Source of the DNA: Paraphysomonas bandaiensis
Taxonomy: Eukaryota; Protista; Chrysophyceae
Reading direction: 5' to 3'
DNA length: 64,000 nucleotides
Assembly: GCA_965644295.1 (NCBI GenBank)
Contig: CBFFRP010000238.1
Span: 1-64,000, forward strand
The notes below the pieces were generated by a model. It was not told the DNA's origin and made no database searches. It saw only the letters and a list, made by a program, of their open reading frames with translations. Of the stretch, positions 10,500-23,500 are shown piece by piece. Made by a program: the position numbers and the translations under genes. Position 1 is the stretch's first letter; each line of letters begins with the position of its first letter.

Positions 10500-11945
10500 A
10501 CTTCAGTGAAATGTCCTATGTTAACATGGTAGCGAGTGGTAGCTCTGATGAGGCGAAGGAGGACAGCAAGGTGCTGAAGTTTGACAAGTGAAACGACACG
10601 TGTGTTGTAACGATTTGGGAGGCATGTGAACATGACGCAGATGTATTGGAGGGTGCCAGCCGATACATGGAGGCGACTACCAGATGATGATCCCAATAAG
10701 GAGGTTTTCTCCAATCATATGCTTCAAACGCTGGTGGATAGGTCTAGGAGTGAGTTGGGAGTAGTACTCGAGAAGACTACAGCGAAATACCAGCTTGTAA
10801 ATATTGGCTAATGATATGGTCGAAATAGAGATTGATAGGCTGAAATGTATTTTCTACTAAAACTGCCTTCTACTGAGCAGAGCAGTGCAGCTGTTCATAG
10901 ATAACGAGCAGAGAGTGCTGAACATACACATGAACAGAGACAGAGACGGAGTTCATCGGCGGAATGGTGCTAATATGTAGATGATGATGTCTCATCTGGA
11001 GGGGAGTCCAATAAGATAGATGGTGAAGTGCTTATGACTGAAACAGTAGACCAATGAGTGTATCTAGACAGTTGTGCCGGAAAGCAGCTATTCATTGTTG
11101 TCAAAGATCATAGAGTGCTAGAGAAATATTATGAAGCAGAGCCAGGAGTCATATCTCTGACGAAGAAGGGGTCAGCAATGGAGACTCAAGGAGTAGGAAG
11201 CTTTCAACACTGGCAAAAGAGAAGGCATCAAAGTATGTGAAGATGCGGTGAAGAATATTGTCTCAGGCGGAATGCTGCGAGCACTGGTGTGTGGATTGGA
11301 ACTACTTAGAGTACCGAGAATTGTAGAGTTAAACACTGGTAGAGAGGTACTGGTTGGAGACTATGATGAGCATGGAGGAATGCCATGGGAGGCACTATAT
11401 AATATTATGACGTTTTGAATTTGCCTATTATTACGTCATCATGCCATCATGTAATGGAGGAAAATGCCAAGGAGGACAGTAAAGTTAGTGGATGCTGCCT
11501 TATGAGTGTGTTCCTGGGAGGAAAGGTGCCCGAGTTATCCTGGTTGAGAGGAAATGGGGGTGCAAGACGTATGTATTAGTCCCGAAGGCCGATAGACGGA
11601 AAGACTGGGAGGAAAAGGCACAAACAGGATATTTTGTGGGTTTCCCAGATGAGCAGATGGGGTATCAAGTGTTGATAGGAGATATAATAGTCACGTCTGT
11701 TCATGTCCTGTTTGATGTATCAGTGCCCGAGAGATCGGCTGATTACTACCGAGAAATGGACTAAGCCACGGTGGCAGTGGTTCCTCAGGGAGGAGTGTTA
11801 TCGACAAAACCCATGTGAAGATGGCGGCCAACTGTACAACAAGACCACGCGAATATAGATTCGGAAAGAGGTCTAACTGTGGGATATAGATCCCTGATGT
11901 CAGGTGGTGAGGAGCAACTGGAAGTTAAGACTCCTATTCACATCA
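10500..11945 (+). mobile_element. Degenerate Ty1/Copia fragment (gag, protease and post-integrase SH3-like region)
   Basis: YLDSCAG protease motif; WGCKTYVLVPKADRRKDWEEKAQTGYFVGF...GYQV...TSVHVLFD is the typical Copia post-integrase module; many stops and frameshifts. Confidence 0.75.
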
Positions 11946-12545
11946 TCGCGCAGCTATTCCAATAGCGCTTCTAGCATTAGGCGGCTTGAGATTCCGAACG
12001 ATAGGAATGAGAGCCTCTCGCATAGCTAATCTCGTTAAAATTTTACACAATTTGGACATTTGGAAATATAATCTTCAACAACTTTATAAGGAATATTATG
12101 ACCCGGGAACTCCTTGTTCAAGCGTATCCATGTAGCTCTATCTCCCATGTGTCCTACTCGGGCGTTATGTACTTGGAGCAGAGCTTCTTCAGGAGTAACT
12201 TGTGTCTCAGACGGTGCCATCTCTCGGTCCTCAGGATCCATAAAATTTCCCAAGAAATTGAAAAACTCGTCCTCAGTGCAATCATCACCAAGAAAATAGG
12301 CAGCATCCAAGTTTTCATCTAAACATATGCCTGACAAATCTGCGACTTGGTGTTCCCGAGACAACCAATCCGCTAGCCAGTTCTTTGCACCAGATATGTG
12401 GCGAATATTAAAGTTGAAAGATTGCAGGAAAATTCTCCACCTTGTTATCTTCGGTACCTCTGATGCCTCCATCCATAACAGATTATTACGGTCCGTTTCA
12501 ATCATGAAATGTTTCCCAAAATCAAATAGTAGGCTAATTGCTTGA
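11946..12545 (-). mobile_element. Gypsy fragment (end of RNase H plus integrase zinc domain), related to the element at 35325-40243
   Basis: IETDRNNLLWMEASEVPKITRWRIFLQSF...NWLADWLSR; QVHNARVGHMG...FPGHNIPYKVVEDYISKCPNC, similar to ORF 39194..40243. Confidence 0.85.
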
Positions 12546-13146
12546 CACTATATATATAGAGAACCATACGTATTCCAACCTATTTAACAATGAATTATAA
12601 GGCACAAGTGACAATACGCTACAACCTCTTACACACCAATCTACATACTGAAAACGACTGGTTTGGAAACCTAATCGCATCTTGAAAGGATTTGCAGTTT
12701 GCTTGATGCATCAAAGGTGAAACATTCTGACTGTACAAGATACTTGCTCCGAAATATTAGTGGCTTGGAGGAAGGAGAGCATATAAACAAGCATTCCGAG
12801 ATCAAGTAATATGATGTATTATAAAAGACCTTGAAGCAATTTAGTATATATATATATATTTAGTTATGGATTCTTTGAGCCAGTTCTAATTGGTATGTGC
12901 GTGGATTACCGCGTAGTACCAAACCACAGAAATGCAAAAATTCATCGCTAGCAGTGTCGGTTTTTTTGATGCTCCTGATCACATACTGGCTCATCCGAAG
13001 ATTGTGGGGTACGATGCCCATGAAATGGAGAATGATGTGGAGCTACACCGGACTTTTGGTCATCAGAAACAGCCCAATTTTCATTCGACTGTGACGACTA
13101 AGTGTGGGCATATAGCATTTGAATTTGTGGCTACAGTATGATCCCC

Positions 13147-13292
13147 TGTTTGACTAGGTGAATTCCCACTCCCACCTAGTCATTGTAATGTTAAAAATCT
13201 AATTATTTAATGACCTGGGTTTTTCTACATTTTGACTAGGTTTTTACACCAATTTCGGTGTGACTAGGAAATTCAACCAATTTGACTAGGTT
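13147..13292. repeat. TGACTAGG-motif cluster with a hairpin; probable DNA-transposon/MITE end (related copy near 57925-57980)
   Basis: TGACTAGGTG...CACCTAGTCA inverted repeat plus three further TGACTAGG copies; a similar string occurs at 57926. Confidence 0.4.
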
Positions 13293-13637
13293 GAAAAATA
13301 GATCACATTTTAATTAAAGCATAGTGTGAATTACGTTCAGCTTATCAAAATTTTACCATCCTATTATGTCAAATCTTGATACATTACTACTTTATTCATA
13401 AAATGAACATGCATGTAAAAACCATCAACGACCAACAAAATTATATACCAAAAATGTCCTTATGACTGCGATCTAAGTATGTTTTGCTTTCGTATATATA
13501 TCGCTAGTATTCACGATAACAAAGGGTAGATATATCAATATTGTATATACATATTCATTCACACTTTATGAAATGTTACCATACATAGCTTCCTGTGTTT
13601 GAGTTCCATATGTAGTCGCAAAGACTTAACAATGTAT

Positions 13638-14756
13638 TCAGTCATCATCGCCGTAACACCCACTCAATATTTCCAGTGCATCACATCTTACTCGCGGCTG
13701 GATTTTCTTCTCTATTACATCACTACTCAAGCCTTCAATTGATTGATCAAATTTAGCTCTAGAGAATTGAGGGAGTAAAGCCGCCACCTCTGTATTGCGT
13801 GTCGTCGGCTGAATCTTCAGCTTCCGCACATCAATACAGCGCGCTGCTTGCTTTTGAACAGCAACTACTTCGCGCTGTTTTTGTCGAGCACTTGAGGACA
13901 CCATCGCTGGTGATTTGTTCGACTTCCTTGTATCTTTCGAAGTCAGCCCTTTACCACTCGATGGGAGGCGTCTCGACTTCGCAGATGGTATGTCAAATAT
14001 ACTACCACTCTGAATACTTGCATATGTGGATCGTTCCTTGGCTGCAAATGAATCCCTACATGTGTTCCGGCGAAAGGCTGCCTGCGAAGCACCCTCCCGG
14101 TCTGCCGCACTCGCCTCGACTAGGGGAATACACAAACCTTTTTGTGTCCCCTCCACTTCAAGCTCTCGCCTACGCTTACGAGATGCTCTGTTTTTTTTCC
14201 GAAGCATGAAATTTACATCATAGTCTTTACGAACCGTCATTTGCGACAGATTCATGAGAGCCGACAAATGACTTTTCGACGCCAATGCCTTTTCTTTGTC
14301 CTCTTTCTCATGCTGAAGTTGATATATGGGGTCCGACTGCAGGCGATCTCGCTCTTCATCCGTTACCGCATTGATTATAGAATCACCGAAATCTGGAGTA
14401 AACTCTTGCTCCATTTTGCGTATACCTTCAGCATAGTCATATGTTTTATTCTGTGGATCGGTCTTGATGACAATTTTATTGTCACAGGAGGCACACTTCA
14501 TTGTAAACGCAAATATAGTGGTTGAGAAATACGCCCCCGCCTTGTCTTTCTTTGCATTAAATCGAGTCCCTTTGCCAATGTGACGGTCGCACTTAAGGCA
14601 CCACCCATCAAACGGTACTTCAAACCGAATAATTCCATACTGCTGATACTGATTCGCTCCTTTCGACCCGGCGAACTTCGATATTCCTCCATACTCAGGA
14701 CGCCACTCCGGGGGAAAGTAGAAGTTATCTGCCCTACTTGCAGCCAACGACGACAT
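13638..14756 (-). CDS. CCDC130: CWC16/YJU2-family splicing factor (CCDC130/YJU2B)
   Basis: MSSLAASRADNFYFPPEW...IIRFEVPFDGWCLKC...KGTRFNAKK...YFSTTIFAFTMKCASC...IKTDPQNKTY. Start placed at the ATG at 14756; intronless. Confidence 0.9.
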   Translation of the reverse strand: MSSLAASRADNFYFPPEWRPEYGGISKFAGSKGANQYQQYGIIRFEVPFDGWCLKCDRHIGKGTRFNAKKDKAGAYFSTTIFAFTMKCASCDNKIVIKTDPQNKTYDYAEGIRKMEQEFTPDFGDSIINAVTDEERDRLQSDPIYQLQHEKEDKEKALASKSHLSALMNLSQMTVRKDYDVNFMLRKKNRASRKRRRELEVEGTQKGLCIPLVEASAADREGASQAAFRRNTCRDSFAAKERSTYASIQSGSIFDIPSAKSRRLPSSGKGLTSKDTRKSNKSPAMVSSSARQKQREVVAVQKQAARCIDVRKLKIQPTTRNTEVAALLPQFSRAKFDQSIEGLSSDVIEKKIQPRVRCDALEILSGCYGDDD

Positions 14757-15073
14757 CGAGGTGAATAGTGCTACAAATAATAAACGAGAGGGAAATCGAA
14801 AGCTATAGTTAATGTAGGTGAACTTATATTGACATGCTGTTATTTTCTGCTTATGTAGGTCATTTTCTGCTGCATAGAGCATACCATACCCTGGGCATAC
14901 ACGTCATAAATCTGAATTCATAAGTAACCCACCGCAAACGTATATTCCCTATACAACTATAGAAACTCCTGCTTTTTGGGAAATAAGTGGATATTTATAC
15001 TGTACATCACAGCGGTCCTGAAGATCATGTTGCTATTTCAGGGTTTCGGGAAAAAACAGTCTTGATATATTCT

Positions 15074-15563
15074 TTAGGCCGTTCTTAGGACATGTCAAAA
15101 TCAAAATAATTTTTGATGTGAAATCAATATTTTTGTGGATTTCGGTGGATTTTGACTTTTGATGTGCCATTCCTTACGTAGGACATCTCGCATCAAAATA
15201 GTATATACGGCCACGTATACACCTGTATAGCCTGGGTTGAATTCAAATGTTCAAATCAAGCAGTGTTGTCATTTAATGTGACATATATAGTGTCATTATT
15301 ATGAGCAGTGGGAGACAGGAATAACATGACACGTTTGTTCAATGCTTTCGAACGTATGAAGAGGAGACGACGCTGCAGTAAGATTATGCTGGAGTGGTTT
15401 CATCCTACGAAGAAGATCAAGAGTAAACTTCGGAGAGAGAGGAGATTTAAAAACAGGAACCGTAAGACATACCAGTTGCGAGAAGACGGCAAGCTGGAGC
15501 TGCAATTTAGAGTCTGTGCGTAAAGATGTTGAAGATGTATTCGGCATTTTGAAGAAGCGATTT
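15074..15563 (+). mobile_element. Internally deleted PIF/Harbinger-type transposon fragment
   Basis: 15494-15563 translates to WSCNLESVRKDVEDVFGILKKRF, the C-terminal catalytic motif of Harbinger/Plant_tran transposases. Subterminal TCAAAA/TTTTGA repeats lie at 15090-15200. Confidence 0.6.
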
Positions 15564-16318
15564 GGGGTTAGCCACGGACGCCCTAGTGGGGGGGTAAAAA
15601 TTTGGAATCCTTACCAGGTACGAAGATTTTTTGTCGGGGTAAGCATATATACTCTAGATGAACATATATCTATAGTATATTAATCACATTTATTGATAAC
15701 ATGAGTGATAGTGAGTCAATATAAGATCCTGTCGACGACACTCTCGTTGAATGCGGACCTGAGGATGAAATGGAATGATGCGCAAGAGTCTTTTTCTCTC
15801 ATCGAAGGACGTCTGCTCATAAGAAGGATATATATATGTCTCATGATATTCAATGTCGCGTGCTGCAAGAACTTCGAATACCTGTTATTGAGAAATTTCT
15901 TCGTTACATACCCTCAATAACAGGAGGCTCATGAGACCATTCTGGAGTCATTCCCTGAGAATGCATGGAGTTCACAAATGGACACCTGATTGAAACTTGG
16001 GCAAAAGCCGAAAAAGGCGGAGACACGTTTGGCACTTACTGAAGAGTACACTAAGGAAAATGCACTGGGGGATATTTACCTCAAACGAATGCGTAATATG
16101 ACTTTGGAGTGGACATCGAAGTGCAGGCAATTGAAAGCTGTATTGAAGCATTGAGTATAAGTTTACCTTCTGTTGTTAAGTTAATACTTCTCATATAATG
16201 TCAAACTTTGATACAGAGGATGAGTATGAGAAAACTTTTAATTAGTTAAGAAGTAGGGTTTCATTATCAAGTGACATTATAAGACAAGTACTAATAATTC
16301 AATTTACGGAAACCTTAA

Positions 16319-16455
16319 TGTAAGAACCAGCTATCAGGTTATTTTATGCTATATGAGCTCTCTATTGTATATGCTTAAGTTTGTACATACCATCTGTACA
16401 ACATAGGTTGAATATTGCTATGTTCTATATTGTTATTCATAATTTTCACTCTATC
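16319..16455 (+). repeat. Diverged LTR fragment of the Gypsy-SET family
   Basis: TGTAAGAACCAGCTATCAGGTTATT...GCTCTCTATTGTATATGCTTAAGTTTGTACATAC matches the reverse complement of ~9700-9828 with several mismatches. Confidence 0.8.
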
Positions 16456-18025
16456 GTGTTCATTACTTACACTCTAATAGTCACAACATTGTTTTACTAT
16501 TATAAAGATCAATTCTTTATTATAAAGATCCTAATGTCTGTTTCTCACGACACAAGGCCTTCCTGCATGCTCGTCCACGAATCCTTGTTGAATAGTATAT
16601 TCGTAGTCAACGTCGTTTCGTGGACGAGCATGCAAGAAGGCCTTGTGTCGTGAGACTAGAGAGGCTATCATTGCCCAGTATGTGGAGAGAGAGTGTTGGA
16701 AGGTAGTGCTAGTGGCAGTGGTGATGGTGTCGATGGCGTCGTGGTCGTATGTGGTTGCAAGAGGATCTTTGGCGTGAGAGCCGTCCATTGTGTTTGCTTG
16801 TGCTGTCGGAATGGGACGTCTCGTTGCGTAGTGCCTAGCGGTAGTGTTGACGGTAGGGAAAGAGTGTTGTGGCGATTAGTCCGTTTGTGCGCAATGGAGT
16901 TGATGTTGAGGGAGAATTTGGATATTAGTATAAGTTCGGTATGTGGGTAATATCTCTGATTGATTTGATAATGGCGATGTCTGTTCCGTGCTCTCCATGT
17001 TTAACTTTGATCTCGCAGTTTGGGTCTGTAATCTCGTGGAAGTCTGTGACGGCTCGGATGTGGGGTGCTATGGCTACCGGGGTCTTAGGTGGTCGGAGGG
17101 GGGGTAGTCTTGTGGTAGGGCAAAATAGGAGATGTCCGATGTCTCTGAGGGTTTTGTCTCCGATAATGTAACGTGCATGATTCCTACGTTGAGTTGGGCC
17201 TAGTTCGATTGCAAGGGATCCAGCTGGCAGGGAGCGCGCTTCAATTATTCTACCAACAACGGGACAGATGAGCTAACCCTTAGGTATGTTTCTGGTGGCA
17301 AAAGTGGCTGTCTCAGTAAGGCTGCCAGGGACGGCCTTGACTAGGAGCCTCGCGTCGTACAGGTAGTGCTCCGTATAATAACGGAGGATGGGTGCGTGTT
17401 CTCCCTGGAGAGGTTGTCTGTCCTCGGGTGTGCCTGAGTGAGGCATGGTGAATAAGGCTAGAGCCACGGCGTTGTAAGGGAGGGATCGACTAAGGACGGC
17501 AAGCTGGAAGTGTTCGGTGGCCTCGCTTCGCCGTCGGAGTGTGCGCTGATGTTGTCGCAGCTGCCGTGTAGTAGGAGCGCTGGCAGGGTGGAGGTGCTGT
17601 TGCTCGACAGATGGAGGGGGGATTGGTATTTGTGGTTTGCGAGCGTCTTCGGTTTTGTTGTTGCTGTTGGTGTCGTCGTGTTCGCGCCAAGTGTAGTCGG
17701 GACAGTAGTGTAATGGTACCAGAGCAGAGAAAAGGAAAGAGAAAGAGCCCTAGATTGCCAGAGAAGCAGCCTAGGGCAATCTGTCCAGGTACGAAATAAC
17801 ACATATCTCTCATATTCATGACCAATTCACATAAAGAACTAGTTTCAACCACTAAACAAAAGAATAATGGTGAAGGGACAAAATATTCCATTGCCAATTG
17901 TTAAGTTATTGATGCATCACTGCCTTAATTTGGGAAGCACGCCTGAGTTCGCTCATGAGAATCTTATTATAGATGATAATATCACCCTCAAACATATTAA
18001 AAAGTTGTGGACGGAATAGAAAAGC

Positions 18026-18904
18026 ATGAGTTGTGAAGAGAGAATTCATCGTGGTACGTATCACCCAAGAAAACGCCCCAGACACACGTTTGAACAGAAT
18101 GAAGAAGCTAAAGATTACCTTCATGAAATGTTGGAGATGAATCGTAGCGTCAAATTGCGGCTGCTTACTCTTCGATTCAATGAAGAGTACTTTGGGCATC
18201 ATTGTCCAGATTCTACTTCATTGGCAACGGTGTATAGGACCATCAAATTGGATAACACTCGAAAGAAAGTGGCTTGGAAAAATATCAGGAAGTATCCAGA
18301 GGAGCAGATTCAATTCTTGAAAGACATCTCACACATATCTGCTGGACGCATTGTGGATATTGATGGAATGGTCCAAAGCTCAGGTGATTTTTCAGCAAGA
18401 TATGGTTGGGCACCAAGGGGTGAAGATTGTGAGCGCGCACAAATTCAGATAGGTGGCCGTTCTTTTGCTGTTCACGCTGCATACACTGAATTGGGGTTTC
18501 TAGCATGGCATATTTTTGAAGGTACTGTCTCCGATAACGAAGTTATTTTTTTCTTGAAGTCGATTGCGCCGTTACTTAACGATGATGCATATGGTTTATT
18601 TGATAATGCTGCTAATCAGCGAACAGAAGCTGTGAGGATTGTAATTGGTGATACTTTTCGAGAATATTACATGTATTGTCCGCCATTCTCTCCGGAACTA
18701 AAACCTATCGAACAAGGATTTGCGGCTATTAAGAATTTCATTCGCGAGAGAGACGATGAACTACGTTGGCGGGACGACCCGGTAGGACTTATATATTTTG
18801 CATTTAGACACTACAGCATTGGGCAGTCGGGGGGTTTACAGGCATATCATCATTTTGACTTATACAGAGACAATTTTGACGTTGCTGCCTGCATGCAGAA
18901 TTAA
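18026..18904 (+). CDS. DD35E transposase (IS630-like)
   Basis: IVDIDG, YGWAPRG, LFDNAANQ, YCPPFSPELKPIEQGF; 35 residues between the second D and the E. Confidence 0.9.
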   Translation: MSCEERIHRGTYHPRKRPRHTFEQNEEAKDYLHEMLEMNRSVKLRLLTLRFNEEYFGHHCPDSTSLATVYRTIKLDNTRKKVAWKNIRKYPEEQIQFLKDISHISAGRIVDIDGMVQSSGDFSARYGWAPRGEDCERAQIQIGGRSFAVHAAYTELGFLAWHIFEGTVSDNEVIFFLKSIAPLLNDDAYGLFDNAANQRTEAVRIVIGDTFREYYMYCPPFSPELKPIEQGFAAIKNFIRERDDELRWRDDPVGLIYFAFRHYSIGQSGGLQAYHHFDLYRDNFDVAACMQN

Positions 18905-19032
18905 TTGATTGCTAGGAATCTGTTTTCATTATGTAGTATGTATTAAAACACTAATTACGTGGAGTGATTTGAATTAGGAAAGTAATGTAATAACTTGAAG
19001 TATATATGATACCAACTCGGTGGCGTTCTATT

Positions 19033-19407
19033 CTACAAAATGAAAAATCTGCCATTTACAAATCCAGCTGAATTGTCAATCACACGTAGACTCTTAATGT
19101 TCATAAACCGTAATTGTTCATAAAATATTTCAAGAAAATGTATGTTATTATGAATGGTTTTGTCCTGCACGAAACTAATAAAATAACTACAAAAAAGTGA
19201 TTGATCCAAAAAAGTGAGCTTGTGATATCCTTGGGGTGATGATTTCAACATCAAAAACTCCGTATCTGGAGATGGTGTCATGAGAAAATGATCCACTGGA
19301 TTATACGTCACAGGAATCTCGAGATTCTCCAAGGCCTCTTGAACCAACGGCAAAATATCGTCGTCAAACGTGAGGCGTGATGCACTGCCTAGAATCTGTC
19401 GTGTCAC
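19033..19407 (-). CDS. Convergent second ORF of unknown function inside the TIR element (true start may be near 19545)
   Basis: Open frame of at least 124 aa filling the space between the transposase stop and the right TIR. Confidence 0.45.
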   Translation of the reverse strand: MTRQILGSASRLTFDDDILPLVQEALENLEIPVTYNPVDHFLMTPSPDTEFLMLKSSPQGYHKLTFLDQSLFCSYFISFVQDKTIHNNIHFLEIFYEQLRFMNIKSLRVIDNSAGFVNGRFFIL

Positions 19408-20565
19408 TGGTGTTGCATAGCTTGTCTCAGATTCTTTCCATGCGACTTGGACAAGTAATAAGATGGTGGCCCACCATCTTGTGAGATTTCAACTCGCCCA
19501 CCAAAAGTAACATTTACTTTTATTGACTCGACTTCTTCATCCATGCACTGGTCGATTGATTTCTTTCGTTTTTTGCTATTAGAGTCGTTCTTTATGTGAA
19601 TTGGTCATGAATATGAGTGATATGTGTTATTTCGTACCTGGACAGATTGCCCTAGGCTGCTTCTCTGGCAATCTAGGGCTCTTTCTCTTTCCTTTTCTCT
19701 GCTCTGGTACCATTACACTACTCAGGATAATGCATTGGTGGCATTATTTTCCCATTGACTCCTATATGACACCTGTGGTAGCCTGTTAATGGAGTTATGT
19801 TGGGTCATTCTGAGTGTTGTGAGAAGGAAATCAAATCACTACTAAAAAAAAAAAGTGAACTGCAAAAAACCTCAGCGCTCCTTCGTTGAAAAAGACCATA
19901 CAGGAGTACCGGTAGTTCTTGCGCATCAATTTCATAAAAGCTTTTAGTGGAAAATATACTCCGTATTATTGGGTAGCGGCCGGTGGTGTCAGTGGTATTG
20001 CATCACAGTAGCAGTTAAAATTTTGTGTTTGTACCGCATGCAGAGTTTGAATTTGGGTAGGCTCAACTTGTGGTACAAAAAATGGAGCCACACTTGTTTA
20101 TATATACCGGGTCGAAAGGAAGTAGAAAGTTCTATGTACATAGAGATGTGCGGGCGGTGAAGTTAGGAGTAGAAGATTATGTTAAATGAATGAAAGATTC
20201 AGGAGATGGTTCCTACGATTGATGAGAAATGGACCAGAGAGTTATAAATCAGTTCAAGGACTTCTGTGGGAACTGTTGAGTTGTGTGCGGCATCATGGTA
20301 CTCTAACCATAAATAGATATGTTTGGTCAAGAGTTCAGGAGGGTGTATAGGCAATGGAAACAGCACACATGATCAGGAGGGTGTGCTACAGGAGAGCATC
20401 ATATATGTTGCAGGGGTTTGGTGTGGTTGTGTCGTGCATGTGGCTATAAAAGTTTATTTAGAGATCGACAACCTATTCAAAAGTATATACACCCGCCGAG
20501 TGACAGCAACACGAGGGAAACCCGAGAGTTAAAATTAAGGATATTTTTATTCAAGGACCTAGTAG

Positions 20566-23500
20566 TATTGCTAACCCGAGGTATAACACCGGGTGCAGCC
20601 ACTATATATGAATAATAAGGAAATGTAAGAAAGAAGAAAAGAAAAGAAGAAGAATATGTTTGTTATTAAGCCTTACAACAGCTCAGGCACCCCCCCAAGC
20701 TCTTATAACTGGACACCTCCAACTACGTGTTAAGGTGTAAGGCACTCTAACAAAAAACTGAACAGCAAGCAGAACACAAAATAACTCATAAAGAACCACT
20801 CATGTTCTACAAGCTATCTAGAAACACACAATAACATCTAGAACAATATTCTACAAAAGATTGTACAAGATTTGGTTGATTATGTGGACATATCAGTTTT
20901 CTGGAACACTCCCGTATCTGCAGTCAGCATCTTAATTTTCGGTAGTAAATTGAAGCAAATATACTTTATACTACTGCAACACAACTACGGCTGGAATACA
21001 CATAATTGCTGCCTCAATATTACAGGCATCTTTGAACAAAAATATACAAAGGATGCCAATACGCCCGTAGAATGCTATGAAGACCAACTCCAACCAACAG
21101 AGTCTCCAGCACACCAAAATGAGAATATCGTCCAATCATATGCTTGTACTCAACAATATACCGTCACTGTACTATAGACCATATACAGATATACAACAGC
21201 ACAATACTGTATACTCAGAATCATACACAGCATCATACAATTGTATATACAGAGGAGTACAGGGTCTCATACATCCCGCATACCAGAGTAGCATCCAGGA
21301 GTATACAGCAAATACAGTAAATACAGCATACAATAAAAACAACAGTTGAGAAGAGACTGAAGATGATAATGCTCTTAACGCTCATTGTAGATACATGCCA
21401 ACGCTCCATAATCAGTAAGAGATGAATGATGACACTTGGCACCCTAGTCAAGTCCATAATGACAGACGTATCAGGCAAATCTCGGCTCCAAACATCATGA
21501 ACACGAGAAGTTAGAGTCCACTGCGCTCCACAGGAATATGAAGACCACACAGAGAATATCAATGGCCTCATGACAAGATGAATGGACCCTCAGGTGATAC
21601 AATGTGTACATATACCATAAATACGTCATATTCATGTCATGTATACATGCAGATCGTGCTTATGACAAGACTTGGATCTTATACAAGCACATGTACTATA
21701 TGCCATACAGTATGCAAGGTGTCAAGAGTGTGATGATGGATATAGATGGTAATACACATACATATAGAGATATCGGAAGGTATAGATGAACATGTATACA
21801 CTACATTGATATCTAATTCTTTCTATCTGCAGCTAGAGAAGAATTAACACCAACACAGCATAGAGTGTTATATGTGTACAGTGTGATAATGGATAAGGTG
21901 CATAATGTATGTCATATGTGTATAGTGTGAGTGATGTTGGTGATATAGTAATAAGTGTGAGTGCATACAATGCAATATCAATACAATGATGACATGCAGT
22001 GCAAGGCATAGTGTTATGTACATGCAAGCATACATATAATAATATACACAATATGTATCACAAGCAAGAGGTCTCACTCTTACTAGCGTAGCCCATATAA
22101 GTATCCAACCATAGCCATAGCACTCACCAGTAGATAGACATCCAAATCTCACTCACAGGAGTATAGTTGAACGCCACAGCGTTACACTACCTTTTCCCAC
22201 CTCTCTTACGTATCTGCTGAAGAACAATTTGCAGCACGGCTGCACATTACCCTCTCTCATCTCTCTCTCTCATAGTTGTTATCAATATGAACAGTCCATA
22301 GAACTCCCACACAATAATCCCAAATGACAAGTCAAGCAAAATCTCGTCTTGATGAATCTTCTAGTAGAAAATGCTCCTTGATACCACATGCTCCCGATCT
22401 CCTCTTCATAATAACTGTTGAAAATCTCTAGCTACTCAAACTTATAGGTGATGCACGCGCTGCAATGTACGGGATTCCGAAGTACGAGAGTCATTGCTCC
22501 ATGCACACCAAAATTCAGAGCCAGTCCGCCGAAGTTGCATCGGGAGGCTCTGTTACAGCCCAAATTGTGAATCAACACTCTAGTCTGACCCAAGGTGGCG
22601 GCCCAGGACCATGTTCCTCAAAAATTGCCATCACCCAGATATAAGGCTGGATAAATCCTGGAATATCCTGGAAATCACCCATTATTCCCTGTACAGGGTT
22701 GGGAAGGAAGGACTTCTTAGTTAGAACCAAGCTGGACTTCCCGGGACTGGAACAAATCATCTCACGTTGAGAGGACCGGAGCTGCTTTACCTCTTGAACT
22801 CGGACGTGGATAGGAAGCCGCTTAGCGTTAGAAGTGGCGGGCACCATCACTGGAATTGAACCTTCTGAGGTTGCATTGTCTTCTCCATGATGCGTGGATG
22901 CTTCTGGCTCCATAAAACGCTCCTGCTGAGGTGAACAAAACTCTTCTTGGATCTGGTCGGCCGTTGCGGTGGTAGTGACCTCTGGATAAGAAACAGGCAT
23001 AGCTGAGGAGTTCTCTTGCATCTGATCAGATTTCTTAATTTCCCCACACTTCTTGCAGGCCAATACAAGTAAACTGATTATGTTCTGATTTCTTTGACAC
23101 ATCTTCTCAAGACGTTGTTCCAGTCTTCGCTCCAGTCTATCAAAAATCTCCTCCACATCCTTAGAGAACGTAGTTCTGCTGGCCAGTTCCATGTGACGGG
23201 GACTATTATCTTAACTTGACGTAGATATATCCTTCCAACAATGTTATCAAAATCTGCAGATTTCAAAGCTGCTTTTCGCTAGTAAATTTACTATTTACTA
23301 TTGCTAACCCGAGGTATAACACCGGGTGCAGCCACTATATATGAATAATAAGGAAATGTAAGAAAGAAGAAAAGAAAAGAAGAAGAATATGTTTGTTATT
23401 AAGCCTTACAACAGCTCAGGCACCCCCAAGCTCTTATAACTGGACACCTCCAACTACGTGTTAAGGTGTAAGGCACTCTAACAAAAAACTGAACAGCAAG

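Larger units (their letters stand above)
17708..19718 (+). mobile_element. IS630/Tc1-mariner superfamily DNA transposon, ~2.0 kb, 132-bp TIRs, TA target duplication
   Basis: TIRs at 17708-17839 and 19587-19718 (one mismatch seen). Flanked by TA on both sides within a palindromic agTAct target. Confidence 0.92.

Noticed and set aside
14757-14882. N-terminal 42 aa of the ORF-track CCDC130
   Set aside because: The family consensus begins at MSSLAA, so the extension is probably UTR.
19033-19407. Fanzor/TnpB passenger in the IS630-like element
   Set aside because: Too short, with no RuvC D/E/D motifs or zinc-finger Cys pairs.
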